Shown here piece after piece: positions 11,001 through 24,640 of a stretch of DNA of 64,000 bases (positions are counted from its first letter, which is position 1; every line of letters begins with the position of its first letter). The notes beneath the pieces were generated by a model. The model was not told the DNA's origin and made no database searches. It was given only the letters and a program-made list of their open reading frames with translations. A program made the position numbers and the translations under genes. The stretch is from Callorhinchus milii (taxonomy: Eukaryota), in assembly GCF_018977255.1 (NCBI RefSeq), contig NW_024704743.1, positions 45,138,001 through 45,202,000 on the forward strand, written 5' to 3'.

Positions 11001-13587
11001 TGATCAAGGCCCAAACTGTAGGATAGCACCAAAGCTTAAGAGTAGAGGTAAGGTTCAGCACCAAGGTTCAAAAGGTAGAGGGAATGTAAGCTGCCATACT
11101 ACCTTGTGATCCAGGGAGATGAAAATGGCACCAGTCAGTCTGTAAACTCCCAGTTCAGATCCAACTTTTTTTGAATACTGTATTGGTATATTTTCTATTC
11201 TTTTGTCCTCGGGTATAAATCAGCTCTTGCTTTTTTTTATATAGAGCCATTCAATAAATCAACAAAGGTCTTGCCTGTGCTTTTTTTCATTAAGGAACCA
11301 AAGTTGTATCCTATTTGAGCACCATGTTTTGGATCCATGTTGCTGCAGTTCATGTGCTTTGGTTGTTTTTGGTTTGAGTCTGTCTTAGTTGGGTAGGACT
11401 CTCGCATTTGGGTCAGAAAGTTGTGAGTTCCAATCTTGAATTTGGGACTTTGGCTAATACTCTAATGTAGCATCGAGGGTTCGCTGTATTTTTGGAGGTG
11501 CTATTCTTCAGGTGAGACTTTTGAGTTCCTGTCTGCTTGTTCAGGTGATACTGTCCAAAACATTTCTCCTGTTGTTCGAGCTAACAATCTTCCTGCTAAA
11601 TTGATCATTCACTCCCATCCTGTTTGTGAGACACTTATGTGCAAATTTGTCCCCAAGCTTCACTACAAATAGACAGTCATTACGCTTAACAGTAATCACT
11701 TTGAAGCACTTTGAGACATTACAATGTGATAAGGCACTATACAAAATGCAAGGATTATTACCTATTTTGCTGGGATGCAAGGTGATATTAACTCACTTGA
11801 TTAACGATGATATCTTATGGCTGACTAGAAAATATCCCAGACTCATTTACCAACATTGTGCTTCTCTGCTGGTGTTTCCTACACTGTTTCTGGAACTTAA
11901 ACCTGCATTCAACTCCATTTGAATAGTGCTACATCTTTTTTCTCTACTGGTCTCATTGCCTAGATCTATTTGACTATCAAGTAATTTGATAACAGTACTT
12001 ATAAATTCAACTGGCTGATGGTGTGTAACTTACAGTTCCATGGTCTGCCCCAGTAGAACATTCTCTTTAAATGGTCAATGAGATAGATGAGTAAATGAGT
12101 CTCATTTTATTGTGGTAGTAATTTATCATCACTGGATCATCACATTTTCAGAATAAAAGAATTGCACCAAACAGCTTGTATTGTCATTATAATCTTTGTA
12201 CAATGTCACTCGGTGACCCGAAAGGTGCAATTATAAAACTTAAATGCTTGCATACACCACCATCTAGTGGCAAATATAAGTGATGCAATTATTACTGGAA
12301 GCAATTCTAACAGTTGAAACAAAGATTTTTTTTCTTCAGGTAGTGTCTGACACATTCGAAACCAATCACCATGCTTAACAGAATCCAAACCAGAGTTCCA
12401 TGCATCCCACCCAACATTTCAACAAAGAAATGCACATGTCTTAAGAAAAACTGAAGAAATGGAAGAAAACTAAATTAGAAATTGATATGAAAATTTAAAT
12501 ATGGGTCCAGGCTTTTGTACATTTCTCTCTGTATAAAAACATATATAAATACTGACCTCTATAAAATGTATTTAAGATTACCAAAGCATGGATCATTCAC
12601 ATTTAAATCTAGCTTTTATCCTTGTTCTACTAAATATATGCTCTGTGTTTCATAGGTAAGGCAAACAATGCAACTAGGAATATTAGAAGCTATATGACTC
12701 TTTGATTTGATTAGCCAGAACCTGTGAGATGTTGATTCTTCCACACTCCCAGCCTCCTTCATCTTTAGCTCTTTACCATAACAGCATTCTTAGCAATAAT
12801 AATAATAATTATTCTTGCATTTGTTATATAGCGTCTTGTCATGAAGTCTCAAAGTGCTTCACAGGATTTACTTTAAAGTGTAATGACTATATAATAGGCA
12901 AACACAGCCATTAAGTGAAGGACCAATTTTATAATAATACTTGCATTTGATATAGCGCTCTTCATGTCTTCTCGACGTCTCAAAGCACTTCACAGAATAT
13001 ACTGCAAAGTAAATTGACTGTATATTTGTGGGCGAAATGTGGCAGCCAAATCGTGCACAGCAGGGACCCACAAACAGTCTTGGATTGAATTATACATGGA
13101 TTGTTGGCCAGGGCACTGAGAGAAACTTTCTCTTTTCAAATAGTGTCACAGGATCATTGACATCCACCTGAATAGGCAGATGGGGCCTCTATATAACAAT
13201 TCATCCATAGATTGGTACCTTCAACAACAGGCCACGACTGCACTGAGTGAGTACTCACTTACAAGGTTTAGTGAGAAAAGTACTGATTTTGCAGTTGTTT
13301 GGGACAAATACAATTTCTGATGAACAAGTGTAAATTTGTAAGTGTGGGTGTGCATCAGAAATATTCTTTTTCACTTTAGTTTGAATAATGATTCTGAAAC
13401 CTAAAGGTGAGTAATTATATTTCTGAGTCTGCTTTATCATTGCTAACTCTCCCAGGTTGCTCAAAGTATCTGTGTAGAAACAGAGAACCTGCTGGATGTT
13501 AACCAAGTTAGCTTGTAACAAAGCAGGACAAAGTGAATCATTGCATTATCTTATTCTGCCTAAAGTTCTGTGGCTCTAGGTTAGATT

Positions 13588-13904
13588 AATAATAATAATA
13601 ATCCTTGCATTTGATATAGCGCTTTTCACGTCGGGAGGACGTCCCAAAGCACTTCACAGAACACACTGTAAAGTGAATTGACTGTATATTTGTGGGCGAA
13701 CTCAGCAGTCAATTGCGCACAGCAATGTCCCACAAACAGTCGTAGATTGAAAATGACCAATTTATTATTGTTTTTGGTTTTGGAGGGATTATTATTAGGC
13801 GTGTGGAGTAAGGAAACTTGCCCAAGGTTTCGCCCTGCCTGGAATTGAACTCAGGTCTCTCACTTGCAAAGTGAGTGCTCTAACCACTGAGCTGCAGGAC
13901 TCCA
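13588..13904 (-). mobile_element. tRNA-derived SINE family B, short variant
   Basis: TGGAGTCCTG.AGCTCAGTGG head with A/B boxes, L2-like tail and (ATT)n. Very similar to 40811-41124 and 31253-31543. Confidence 0.9.
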
Positions 13905-15478
13905 CTAGCCAGGATACACTCTACACTCTTCCTCTATCACTCTGCCTTGTTCCTTCCTTATCTTCAGATCACGTCTGAAGGCCTTACTCTTCGACCGTAA
14001 CTATGGTCACTTCACCCCTCTGCGTCTTGCTATGCAACTGTCAAGCGCTCTGGGACACTACCCTGTGTGAGGGAAGCTATATAAATGCAAGTTGTTATTG
14101 TTTGGCAATTATGTGATACTATTTTGATAAGATTAACAAAACTGAGAGAGGCACTCCGAGGCGCAAGTAGTTTTTGTTGTAAATACTTGCAATTATATAG
14201 TGCTGAGATGAAGGGGGCTATATAAATACAAGTAGTTGTTGCTGTAGACTTGACATTCACATCACAAATGAATTTTTCACTAGAAAGGGTTATTTGGCCC
14301 ATTTAATCTACCATCCCTTTATTTTAGCACAATTCAAAATTAAATGAGTCCAGTGTCTTGACCTCAAACATCCTTCCTGATATCCTGTTCCAACTGTTAA
14401 ATTACTCTATGTTGTAAGAATAATGGGTACGGGATCCCTAAAAAAAGTGTTGTCTTGATGGTTGATATTGAAAAAAATAATTCAGTAAAATATCTCCAAT
14501 TTGACCTACAAATAAATTAGTCAAATTAATTTAACCATTAATTAAGCAGTTAAATTAATCAGTGAAAAGCTGAATCTACACCCTGCAGCATAACAGTAGC
14601 ATTGTCTCAATCTGGACTCCATTCCAATAAAATTCAAGGACTGAACAGTACAGCAAGAAATAACTATTACACATAACGGCAAATTCACTCAATATCAGAA
14701 AACATTTCTTGAACATAATCTTCTACTTAACAGAGATTAACCTCCAATCAATTGTTTTTTGAAGAATTCTGAGTATACAGTTATCTTCAAGTTTCAATTA
14801 AAGTCCACTAAGGTTCAGTTCAAGTTATTTCAATCTACTGACTGGGCACCAGTCAATAAAATTGAGAGAGGCACTCTGAGGCGCAAGTAATTTTTGTTAT
14901 AATTAATATTGTCCTACCAGACTGATGATCCCCACTGCTTAGGTGTTTCTCTGCTCTTTTCCAACCATTGTGCTCTTTTTTAATATCAGCGCATCACATC
15001 ACAACAATCACATCAGCACGTATAGCTTTATAAGTCACTCAACCTAAATATTGAGAAATACATTTCTAGCACCCAGCACTTAAGACCTACAGTTCAAAAA
15101 TAAATATTTCCTGGTATGTCCCCAAATGTTTCCTTTATACTCCTAACCCTGTTCTCTCCTCTGTTGTCTTGGTGTATTTGAAAGTTTTGTTTTGGGTTTA
15201 TTTTCTCCGTTTTGTTAAGGGACTTGTTTTTTTTAGTTAATCAGGCGTTTGATATACACAGAAACCCAACATTATGCTGAGGAGTCTTAAAAGAAAACTG
15301 CTGAAAGTTCTATATATGTTTGGTATGCACTCTCACTCCCTGGATAGTTGCACCTGATTACCTAATCTTAACAATTTTAGGTACAAATTGGCAAGAGGCA
15401 AGGCTTTCTGGGACTACAGAATCTGTATTGAACTCACAAGCAATTCCCATTGCTTCTCCAGCTAGTACTAACTGACCC

Positions 15479-15833
15479 AATAATAATAATCCTTCCATTT
15501 GATATAGCACCTTATATCTTCAAGACATCTCAAAGAGCTTCAGAATATACTGTAAAGTGAATTGATTATGTTTTGTGGGAGAAATGCGGCAGCCAATCGC
15601 AAACAGCAGTATCACAAACAGCCATAGATTGAGTGGCCAATTTTTTTTTAAGGAATTATTATCCCCGTTAAAGCAATCTGCCAATCGACTAACAACCAGG
15701 TTCCTACTTACTGCTGGTAAACAGAGAGGAGTATGGAGTAAAGAAATTTGCCCTGTTTCACCCTGCCAGGGAATCAAACCCAGGTCTCTCACTTGCGAGG
15801 CGAGTGCTCTAACCACTGAGCTTCAAGACTCCA
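15479..15833 (-). mobile_element. SINE family B, long variant
   Basis: Same head and tail plus a ~60-nt internal segment shared with the 42293 and 45486 copies. Confidence 0.85.
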
Positions 15834-16287
15834 GGTACAGACTGGGAAAAAATCTGATGCTCCTCCATACCCCACAAACAGGTCAGGCTTGTCTGGCATC
15901 AATGCCCTGAAAAACTGCAGAGCTGCTTAGTTCAGGAACCCGACTGCCACAGAGGAATGAGTCAATCCCATTATTCTATTGACAAGTATGTGACCTTGGA
16001 GCCCAAGCGCCTCCGGGGTGGGGAGAGAAGAGAAAAGGTAAGCATATATAACTCTATAATGTTCACTTGGAGATCTCTTTTCAGAGAATTAATATGTTTC
16101 TTTTGTTTTTAATTAACTTTTTTTTCAGATTTTTTTTATATCTTTGGGATTGATTGATTTCTTGATAAAAGTTCCAGAAGGCATTGTAGTTTAAAGGCTG
16201 AGCCGCCAATCATTCTATACTTTTACACTATACAAATCTGCTTTGCATTAATGATAGTATTCAAACAGGTGGGTCCATTTCTAAAAG

Positions 16288-16293
16288 TTTATT
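16288..16293 (-). terminator. Probable polyadenylation signal of TOP2B
   Basis: AATAAA on - about 315 nt after the TOP2B stop. Confidence 0.6.
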
Positions 16294-16608
16294 TCAAGTT
16301 CATTTTAAAAAAAAGCATTCAGGTTTGCAATTCCTCTTCACTTAAAACAGTTAAAATGTGTGCTTTTAGCAATCTATCACATTTCTACAAGGCTACTCAA
16401 AACATACATGAAGTTTATAATAAGTAAAAAAGTGAATAAAATTGCATGTATGAATGATAAAATGTTAAAAACATCTACACACAATAAAAACAGGTACAAT
16501 TTCACAAAAAAACGAGCCAAATGTACAAAAGAATCAGACAGAAGAGACAAAAATAAAGGGACACAAGATACATTATTTTGCTGGAGGTTATTGTAACCTT
16601 TGGAACAA

Positions 16609-16785
16609 TTAATCATACATATCCTCAAAGTCATCTTCATCTGATTCTATAAAATATTTCACTTCTTTCTTGGTTCGGCCGAGCCTTGATTGAGATGCAT
16701 CAGAAAGTGTGCTTGGTTGGAAGTTGTCAGCTGTCTCAAAACCATTGTCACCATCTCCGTCGTCGTATACTGACTTTTTAGGTTT
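16609..16785 (-). CDS. TOP2B: TOP2B last coding exon (~36), KPKKSVYD...GRTKKEVKYFIESDEDDFEDMYD*
   Basis: tag| acceptor, TAA at 16609-16611. Resembles the TOP2B C-terminal GRARKEVKYFAESDEE motif. Confidence 0.92.
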   Translation of the reverse strand, partial: KPKKSVYDDGDGDNGFETADNFQPSTLSDASQSRLGRTKKEVKYFIESDEDDFEDMYD

Positions 16786-17099
16786 CTAGGATTTTTATAA
16801 AATAAGTCATTTTTAAAATCAATCAGAACCATTGGGAGATTTGACTATTTTAAACACAGAACCAACACTTAGAAGAAAATTTAATTGTGCAAATTATTCT
16901 AGATTACAATAGTTTATTTGCAAGCTTGCTCTAATTTCCACTTTATTTGATGAAAAAAGCCACCATTAGTGAACATTTAAAAAAATATTCACTAAATATT
17001 GTTTTGATTTGTTCATCTATTGTATTCTTTTTAATTCTTTGAAAGAACACCACCTTGAAATTAGAGTACTCTACATGTAAAACTTCCCAAATCACTTAA

Positions 17100-17560
17100 A
17101 TAAGAGATTTAAAGATGTTAACCATGTTTAAAGAGATATAATTGAGCGTTTTGAAGAGTGAGTGCAAGGAAATACGGTCGGAAAAATTCCAGAAGATATT
17201 GTGGTTTAGGGCTAGACCGACAATCATGAAATAGAGAGAATGGGGAACAAATAGCAGCCCAACGTAGAAAAGTGGAGAGTGCAGCCACTTTTGTAGAGTC
17301 ATAGAAGTTTGCATAAGTAGGGCAGGGAAAGACCACGAAGGAATTGAAGACCAGGAAAATTCCTTAAACTCAATCCTAAAGCAAAGGAACTTTGCAAAGA
17401 TAGGAGTAATGAATTTACAGAGGCTTGTGCAAGAATTAACTCAAGCTTCTGGAAATTGGTCACAGGGAGATGGCAAAAAATACCATTTACCAAATACCAT
17501 ATTAAGGACATAGTTAGATAGATCACTGGGAAGGAAGGGATCATATGGGCAATATCCCTA
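17100..17560 (-). mobile_element. Possible highly decayed L1/Tx1-like LINE fragment
   Basis: Weak: HLPVTNFQKLELIL and GLSLPYL recall post-RT L1-clade motifs. Confidence 0.3.
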
Positions 17561-17771
17561 ATGTCATGACATCTTGAAAGGACACCACTCTTATAACCTG
17601 TATCCTAGCAGAATGTACCAACCATCAAAATACAATACAAGTAGAACACTGAAGAAAGAATGAATGTTTAATTCTTCTATTTCTTTAAAGAGTTCAGAAA
17701 AGCAAAACAGCTGAAATATATCTAGTGTATTTTCTACTCCCTCCCTTTTTTCCCCATGTGGTAATACAAAC

Positions 17772-17866
17772 CTTGCTCACTGATGATGTCTTGCTAGGCT
17801 TCTTCACAGGGGAATATTCATCATCTTCAGAACCAGACTGTTTCCTTTTCCTTCCCCGACCTTTAG
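17772..17866 (-). CDS. TOP2B: TOP2B exon ~35, AKGRGRKRKQSGSEDDEYSPVKKPSKTSSVSK
   Basis: tag| and |gtttgt, 95 nt, phase 1-0. Basic NLS-like stretch. Confidence 0.9.
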
Positions 17867-17955
17867 CTAAAAAATGATTGTTCGGCATTATTGTCAGAGA
17901 GGTACATTTAAAGTAAACTTCAAAACAATTTTGCTGGACCAAAATATTTGCTTAC

Positions 17956-18186
17956 CTTTTGCTCCTCCAAGTTTTTTTGCCATGCCAAAACCCACATCTA
18001 ATTCAGAGTCTGAGTCCATACGTTCTGCTTTCTTAGGTTTCGGTGACTGCTTCCTTTTTGCTCCTGCTACCTTTTTTGGCATCCCAAAGCCCAAGTCAGA
18101 GTCAGAGTCCCCATGCTCCACTTTCTTAGGTTTAGGTGGTCGCTTAGGTTTGCCTGCATTATCAGTATTGGATGTTTTTTTGACAG
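17956..18186 (-). CDS. TOP2B: TOP2B exon ~34, with internal duplication
   Basis: cag| and G|gtaag, 231 nt, phase 1-1. PKPKK..DSDS..FGM.KK motif occurs twice. Confidence 0.88.
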
Positions 18187-19619
18187 CTGGACAAAAAGAT
18201 CAGATAAAAATATTGAAAGCTCTGGGACCGTTAAAAGAAGAAAATGTAAGCAAATTAAACTGTCAGTTGCAAAAGTTGTCACATTTTCAACACTAGAGCT
18301 TTGATACGATTGTTGTGCTACTACAGGTGCATGCATCACATCCTAATGCTGGATAACCACTATGACCCGAGGGTAGTAAAGCTTCCATGGCCAAAATATG
18401 CAGTTGCATGTCATTTCAACCAGCAGGGGGATTTTCAACACAAAGCAATACTGACTGTTGTTTCTCATGAGAGATCTGTTACAGGCACAGTATAGGGTTT
18501 GATAGAAAGGGAAAAAGAGCAAAAGATGCAGGCAGAAAGGGGGAGGAGAAAAATGAGGGGAAAGAAGACCGTGTGTGTATGGGGGGGAAGAAAATAGAAG
18601 AGAGAGATCTGGCACTGTGAGCTGCAATCTGGAAAGCGTTACTATTGGAAATGTTTGGTTTCAAAACGTGTCAAAACGCTTCACAGGATATACTGTAATG
18701 TGCAGTGACAGTGTAAGTTGTAGCCAAATATGGCAGCTAATTTGTACATAGCAACGATTGACCATGACGTACATATGGCAATGACCACCAGGAAGTAAAA
18801 GGACTCAATTATGAGGAAAAGGTATCAGATAGTTTTAGGTGATATAGTTGACAGACAACCCAAACCAACGAAGGTATAGCTACAATTAATACTAAAATCC
18901 TTACTAATACTCAATACTAAACTTATTGTAAAGCTGAAATAGAGAATGCAAAAGTACAGACAAGAAGATAGACAGTTGAGGGTGCGGTTCTCTTCTATAC
19001 TGGATGTAAATGAGAATAGTAATACATCTGACATCATCATGCAGAAATCAAACCAACAGAAATTAGCAGTTTTAACTCTCCTCTCCACCCATCCAAAAGC
19101 AACTACTCACAAAAGATGCTGAAAATAAAAAGTACTTTCCCATCATACAATGCAATGTGCATTTATGTAACACCTTTCACATTAGGAGGTTGTCTCAAAG
19201 TGCTTTACCCAGTTGTCTGGGCACTTGCACCAGAGTTAGGAGAGGATATTGAAGAAGTGTGTGTGGGGGCGGTGTGGAGAAGAGAAGAAAAATAACCAAA
19301 AGCATAAAGAGGAAGAAGTTTCAAGGTGGGTTTTGAAAGTGGGGAGGGAGAAGGCAAGATGGAGGGACTCTGGGATGAGATTCTAGAGAGCAGGAGCAGA
19401 GTAGCTGAAAGCTCACCGACTAATAGTGGGGCACTAAATAGGGGACATTAATTGGGCTGCTGATCGCCTAATAAAGGGAGTAGCTGGGTTGGTAGCATTG
19501 CAAGAGAGTGCAGAGTTAAGGTTGGCCCTAGAGAGATTTGAATGTAATTTGCAAGAAAAAAGGGATCAAGTCATATCTGAGGATGAAGATTATTTGAACA
19601 CGCTTTACAATGAGAGATG

Positions 19620-19790
19620 GGAAATTTTATGTAAAATTCTGGTTGGACCACATTTGGAGTATCATTTATATTCTTGGTTGCCATATTGGAGGAAGGACAT
19701 TGTAAACTCTCTCCAGTACGACAGAGTAGATTTACAAGAATGTCATCAGGGATGAGAGGATACAGCTGTCAAGAATGATTGGACAAGTCA
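19620..19790 (+). mobile_element. Decayed CR1 ORF2 fragment
   Basis: LCKILVGPHLEY...PYWRKDI resembles the CR1 LVRPHLEY motif. Confidence 0.65.
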
Positions 19791-21630
19791 TAATAATAAT
19801 CCTAAATAATTCTTGCATTTGATACAGCACCCTCATGCTGGAAGGACATCTCAAGGCACTTCATTTGATTTCATTGTGTATTTGTAGGTCAAAATCATTC
19901 CAAGGATATTGGAATATTGTGATAGAACCTCATTTCTGATTGAGAAGTAAACACATTCAAGCTAAGTGGTACTGTTGGTCCAATAGCAGTCAAACTATGC
20001 CAGGAAGTGACTGAAATAAAAGTTAGGAAGGGCAAATTTTGTAACAACTTAGCATGTAATTTTACAAATATGGCCAATTTCTAAATAAGACAACTGCCTT
20101 AACTGGCTTGAGACAAACTATGCTGCTGTTAGCATAGTCTTGTGAGTTCAAAGCCAATTTTTCGAGTAAATAATCCTTGCATTTGATATAACTTTAAAGT
20201 AGAAATGTCTCAAAGTGCTTCAGAAATAATTGTTGTGAAGTGTAATAACGATGCTCCAGGCAATGTGGCAGCAACTTAGCATATAGCTGGCTTCCATAGA
20301 CAGCCGTGAGAGGGGGGTAGACAAAAAGGGGAGATAAGCAGGTACTCCTTGGAGCTGAACTGGTACAGTTCCTAAGCCAAACATAGGGATATCCTGGGAG
20401 CAGGGACTCTTCCCACTCAGCTCTTGTTAACCAAGCCAAATGGATAGGGTGGTCCTAGGTGGACAAGCAGTGGGAAGCTTGTCAGACAGTGCTCTCGATG
20501 GAAAGCTATACAATTTTAGCTGGTTAAATTCCAGCAGTACCTCAACATATTCTGAGTATCCCTCTGGGGAGAGCATTGAAATCCAGACACAGAAATTTCC
20601 ACGTGTAGGTGGTATACATATATGGAACTTTGTCTGGTTTAATTTCTCTTAAACATGGTGAGATTGTTTTGCAAATGTCAGCTGACCAAACAAAAACCTT
20701 AAACTACACAGCAATCATTAAGAAAGACAACTGAAAATTTAACTTTTGGACCTTATCTTGGCATTGGTATAGTTAAACTGCAGAATTAGTGCAGTTAGCA
20801 GTGAAAATCTATCTATCTGCTCATTCAGCCCGAGAGGCCTGGATTACCAAATCCAGCCCAAGCCCCGAATTTCCAGCAGGGGGCACTATATAGTGATTAG
20901 CAGTTGCAAACTATTCTTCCCAGCCTAGAGATGTTAGGTTTAATAGTTGCATCTCAACTGCATTCTTGGTTGAAATCAGCTAACAAAATTAAACAGGAGC
21001 CTATAACTTTTTGGTTTGTGTGGCTTAGTGCTTCTTTTACCTAGGTTATCACATCTTTGAAAAGTTAGACTGACCAAGACTAAGAAGGCACTTATCTTAA
21101 AATAACAATGTTTCTATTGATTTTGAAATATTTTAAAACACAAGATTCATCTAAATAAGGAGACTGAATAAAATATAGGCATGTTTACCAAAGTTCTGCA
21201 GTAAAATCTGCAAATAAAAATTACTAAAAATAATACTGAGACTTTAGCTTCTTATTAAACACAAGTACAAAGTTACAAAATTTAATTAAAAACCTAATTG
21301 GGTCACACTATACCCTTTTCAAAAAAAAATACATTGAAACATGTACGCTTGAACTATAGCAGTGAATGTTGAAATGGTTGACTCTTGACAGAAAATAGCA
21401 ATAGACACTTAAGAAAGAAATGTTTCCCAACTAGAAAAACATGCCTATACAAAAATTCTAACTAAATTGCTGATCTAGTAGTGCGGAAAAGAATAGTTCA
21501 GAGAAAATACTTCTTCAGGCTCCCTAAGTTACATTAGTACAATCCAGGTTATTGATGCCAACTTTCTTTCAAAACTGACCATCATCATTGGTAATCGCAA
21601 TCAAAAGTAAAGCTAAATATTTTATAATAC

Positions 21631-21750
21631 CTTTTTTAGCAGCAGGTGTCAAGGTCTGCGTTTTGATAGAAGGCTTAGGTGAACTCTTGACAGGATTGAG
21701 AGATGAAAAGGCTGGGGAAGAATCTTCATCACTGTCTGACTTTAAGAGAT
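21631..21750 (-). CDS. TOP2B: TOP2B exon ~33, DLLKSDSDEDSSPAFS...PAAKK
   Basis: cag| and G|gtatt, 120 nt, phase 1-1. Confidence 0.87.
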
Positions 21751-23518
21751 CTGTGGACAAGAAAAAAGTTAAATTATTTCAAGCCACAAATGAAAACTAT
21801 TCAAGCTCAATTGTTACATTCACTTGTTTCTAAAGCTGAAACTATCTTCCAGGGAGAGTTATGTGGACCGCCTTGGAGCTGAGTTGAGGTGGTCTACATA
21901 TATGGAATTCAGTCTCTTTTAGATACTCTTAAGTACAGCAATGAGTTTCTCCATGCAACAGATACCTGGCTGATAAGAGCTGAAGGACTGAAAGTTTCCT
22001 TTGCAATCAATCAATCGCTACACAAATCTAGACAAGTATCCATTAGTTAATGTCTCTTCCACAAAAGGTTTTCACAAGATTACAAGATTGGATTGGATAA
22101 AGAAGGCCTGTTGGCTCATTTTACCTCCTTCCAGAATACTCATCCAAAAGATCACAAAAAAACACCCACAAGATCACAAATCCAACTCACACTACTCATC
22201 AATAATAGACAAACGGGATGTGGAGATCAATAAATGATTAGAAGATAACATTTCAGTGTGTGGAAACAACAGTCAAATAGTTAATAACACAAAAAGGCAT
22301 GATTTAGAACAAGACCTTATCATGTCACCACCCAAGAAAAAATAAACTTCAATTTCTTAAGTACTAGTTCTTATAATTGTACATTTCTACATAGAAATTG
22401 AATGAACGAGAAATTATTCAGAGCGGTCTACTATAAACTAAAGCCAGTGAATATTTTCTCTTGTTCAGGCCCCTAACAATGGAATTAAAACTAAGTGTGG
22501 CAAACAATGGAGTGAGAAAATGTTGTTAATTTCTTAATTAGAAATAGTGTTTTATATTTCGTTGTTAAGTAATTGGATATTTCCCCTGTAGTATGTCAGC
22601 ATATACATGGAGGCGGAATGAATTAGGGACAGTAATCCATACCCATCACGTTAAACATTTACCTAGATATGCTGCCCTAACAACTTTGAAGAGTTTTTCC
22701 CAATGAATTTTCATGCTTATTAAAAGATTAACCCATATGAAATGTAACAAAAGATTCAGCAAAAACATTTAAGCACTTAAATTTATCTTCAACTGTTGCA
22801 TTTGTTTTCATTTTATTTATACGTTATATAAAATATTCTGATAGAATATTGAAAATCCGATGAGAGAAACAACGGACATCACTAGATCAAGTCTCCGTGT
22901 ACAGCTAAAACGTTACACAAAATAAAAGGTCTTCAGATACAAAGATTTCTGAAAATCTTGCAGTTTGGCTCATCTGTCAATTTTCTTCCTCCTAATTTTC
23001 TTGCCTCTTCTCCTGAAGGTGCTAATGACTGTGGGGTATCACTGCTGATTCTAAACAATCAATGTCCACACATTTCGAGAAAGAGATCACTGAATAATCA
23101 GTAGAGAGGATCTTGACTCATTTTTGAAAGGTAACTTGGAAAAAATAACTGACCACAGAATGAAGGAAGCTACCCACACACATGCACTGATATGCTCTTC
23201 CTGATCGCCAGCCCACTCCATTCATTTGCTCACTCTGCAGCTAGGATTTTGTCTAGCGGTCTTATTTGAACTATCAACCAAATGCAATATTTTTGTACAA
23301 ATTAGGCAGGTTGGAAACCTGATCAGATCATGAGACTTCTATCTACAAAACTGGACCATATTAGAACAAACTTTGGTTGAAGGCTATGAAGATACCAAAT
23401 ACCTTCAAGGTAACTAGATCTGAAATGTTTGATCACTCAAATGAATAAATAAATTTTATTGAAACTGGTTCAGTAAGTCCTTATTGTTAAGAGTTATTGA
23501 TATAGAAAACATACATCC

Positions 23519-24640
23519 AACAACAAATTGCATTTATATGTTGACCTCATGTCGGGAGGACGTCACAAGGGTTTAAACCTGAGCTGGGGGTTGGAGTCGA
23601 GAGGGATGGAGTGCAAGGGGGTAGAGGTAGGAAGATGACTGAAGGGGTGATCAAAGAGGAAAGTCTTGAGACGGGACTTGAAAGAGGCAAGCAAGACAGA
23701 GGGGCACCAGGATGGAATTCCAGTTGGTGGGGGGTGGGGGGGGGAATATGGAGCACATCAGTGTCCACCGAGTAGAGGGAGCAGACAGGTCGGTAATGTT
23801 TTAGTGGGTCGAATAGGTGGGGAGAAAAAAAAAACATGGGGGACTTTGAAAGTGAGAACGAGGATCTTGATCCTCTGAGGGATGGGGAGCCAGTGAAGCC
23901 GGGAGAGGATGGGGGTGATTGGCTCACAGAGCTTAAGTGCTTAAGAAAGAGGACATGTGCTGTAGAGTTCTGAAAAATCTACAACTTGTGGAGGGAAGTC
24001 CAGCGAGCCGAGAGTTAGCATAGTCAAGTCTGGACATAATCAACAACAACTTGCATTTATATAGCACCCCTCACACAGGGTAGCTAGCGTCCCAGAGTGC
24101 TCGACAGTGGTAGAGCATGAGGCCAAGCCCGGGGGAGGGTAGGTGACTATAGGCACAGTCGAACAGCAAGGTCTTCAGGCTTGACCTTAAGATGGGAAGG
24201 AAGGGGTAAGACCGAGGGATAGAGGCAATGTTCCAGAGTTTTGGGCATAGTGGCTGAAAGCGCTGCCATCGATGGCGGAACAGAGGCCAGAAGGGACATG
24301 CAGAAGGAGCGGGTAGTGGGTTGGGAGTAAGTAAATCAGAGAGTTAGGGAGGTGCCAGGGCATGAAGGGATTTGAAAACCGGTGTGAGGATCTTGAAATC
24401 GATCCGTTCGACGATAGGGAGCCAGGCCAGAACTGGTGTGATTGGGGTCTGGAGTTAAGTGTGGATGAGTATGCAGGCAGTATAATCAAAGCATGGATGA
24501 AGGTCTCCTGAGGACAAGAGCCTGAGGTGAGAGGCAGTGGCAGAAGCAGGTAATGTTTCGCGGGGTGGGGGAGGCAGAATGAGTAATGGCACAGGTTTGG
24601 GGTTTAAAAGGCAGTTGGCGGTCAAACAAGACAACTTATA
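23519..24640 (-). mobile_element. Two adjacent or nested L2 3' fragments (tails at ~23520 and ~24040)
   Basis: Two L2 tails, each followed by decayed ORF2 C-terminal sequence. Confidence 0.75.

Noticed and set aside
11052..11070. GGTTCA-n7-GGTTCA as a retinoic acid response element
   Set aside because: A spacing of 7 is not a canonical DR1, DR2 or DR5, and there is no other support.
17860..17868. Alternative in-frame AAG acceptor 6 nt into exon ~35
   Set aside because: Possible, but the proximal TAG follows the pyrimidine tract and nothing here shows the second site is used.
17874..18296. 140-aa + strand ORF as an antisense gene
   Set aside because: It is the antisense shadow of TOP2B exon ~34, with no independent evidence.
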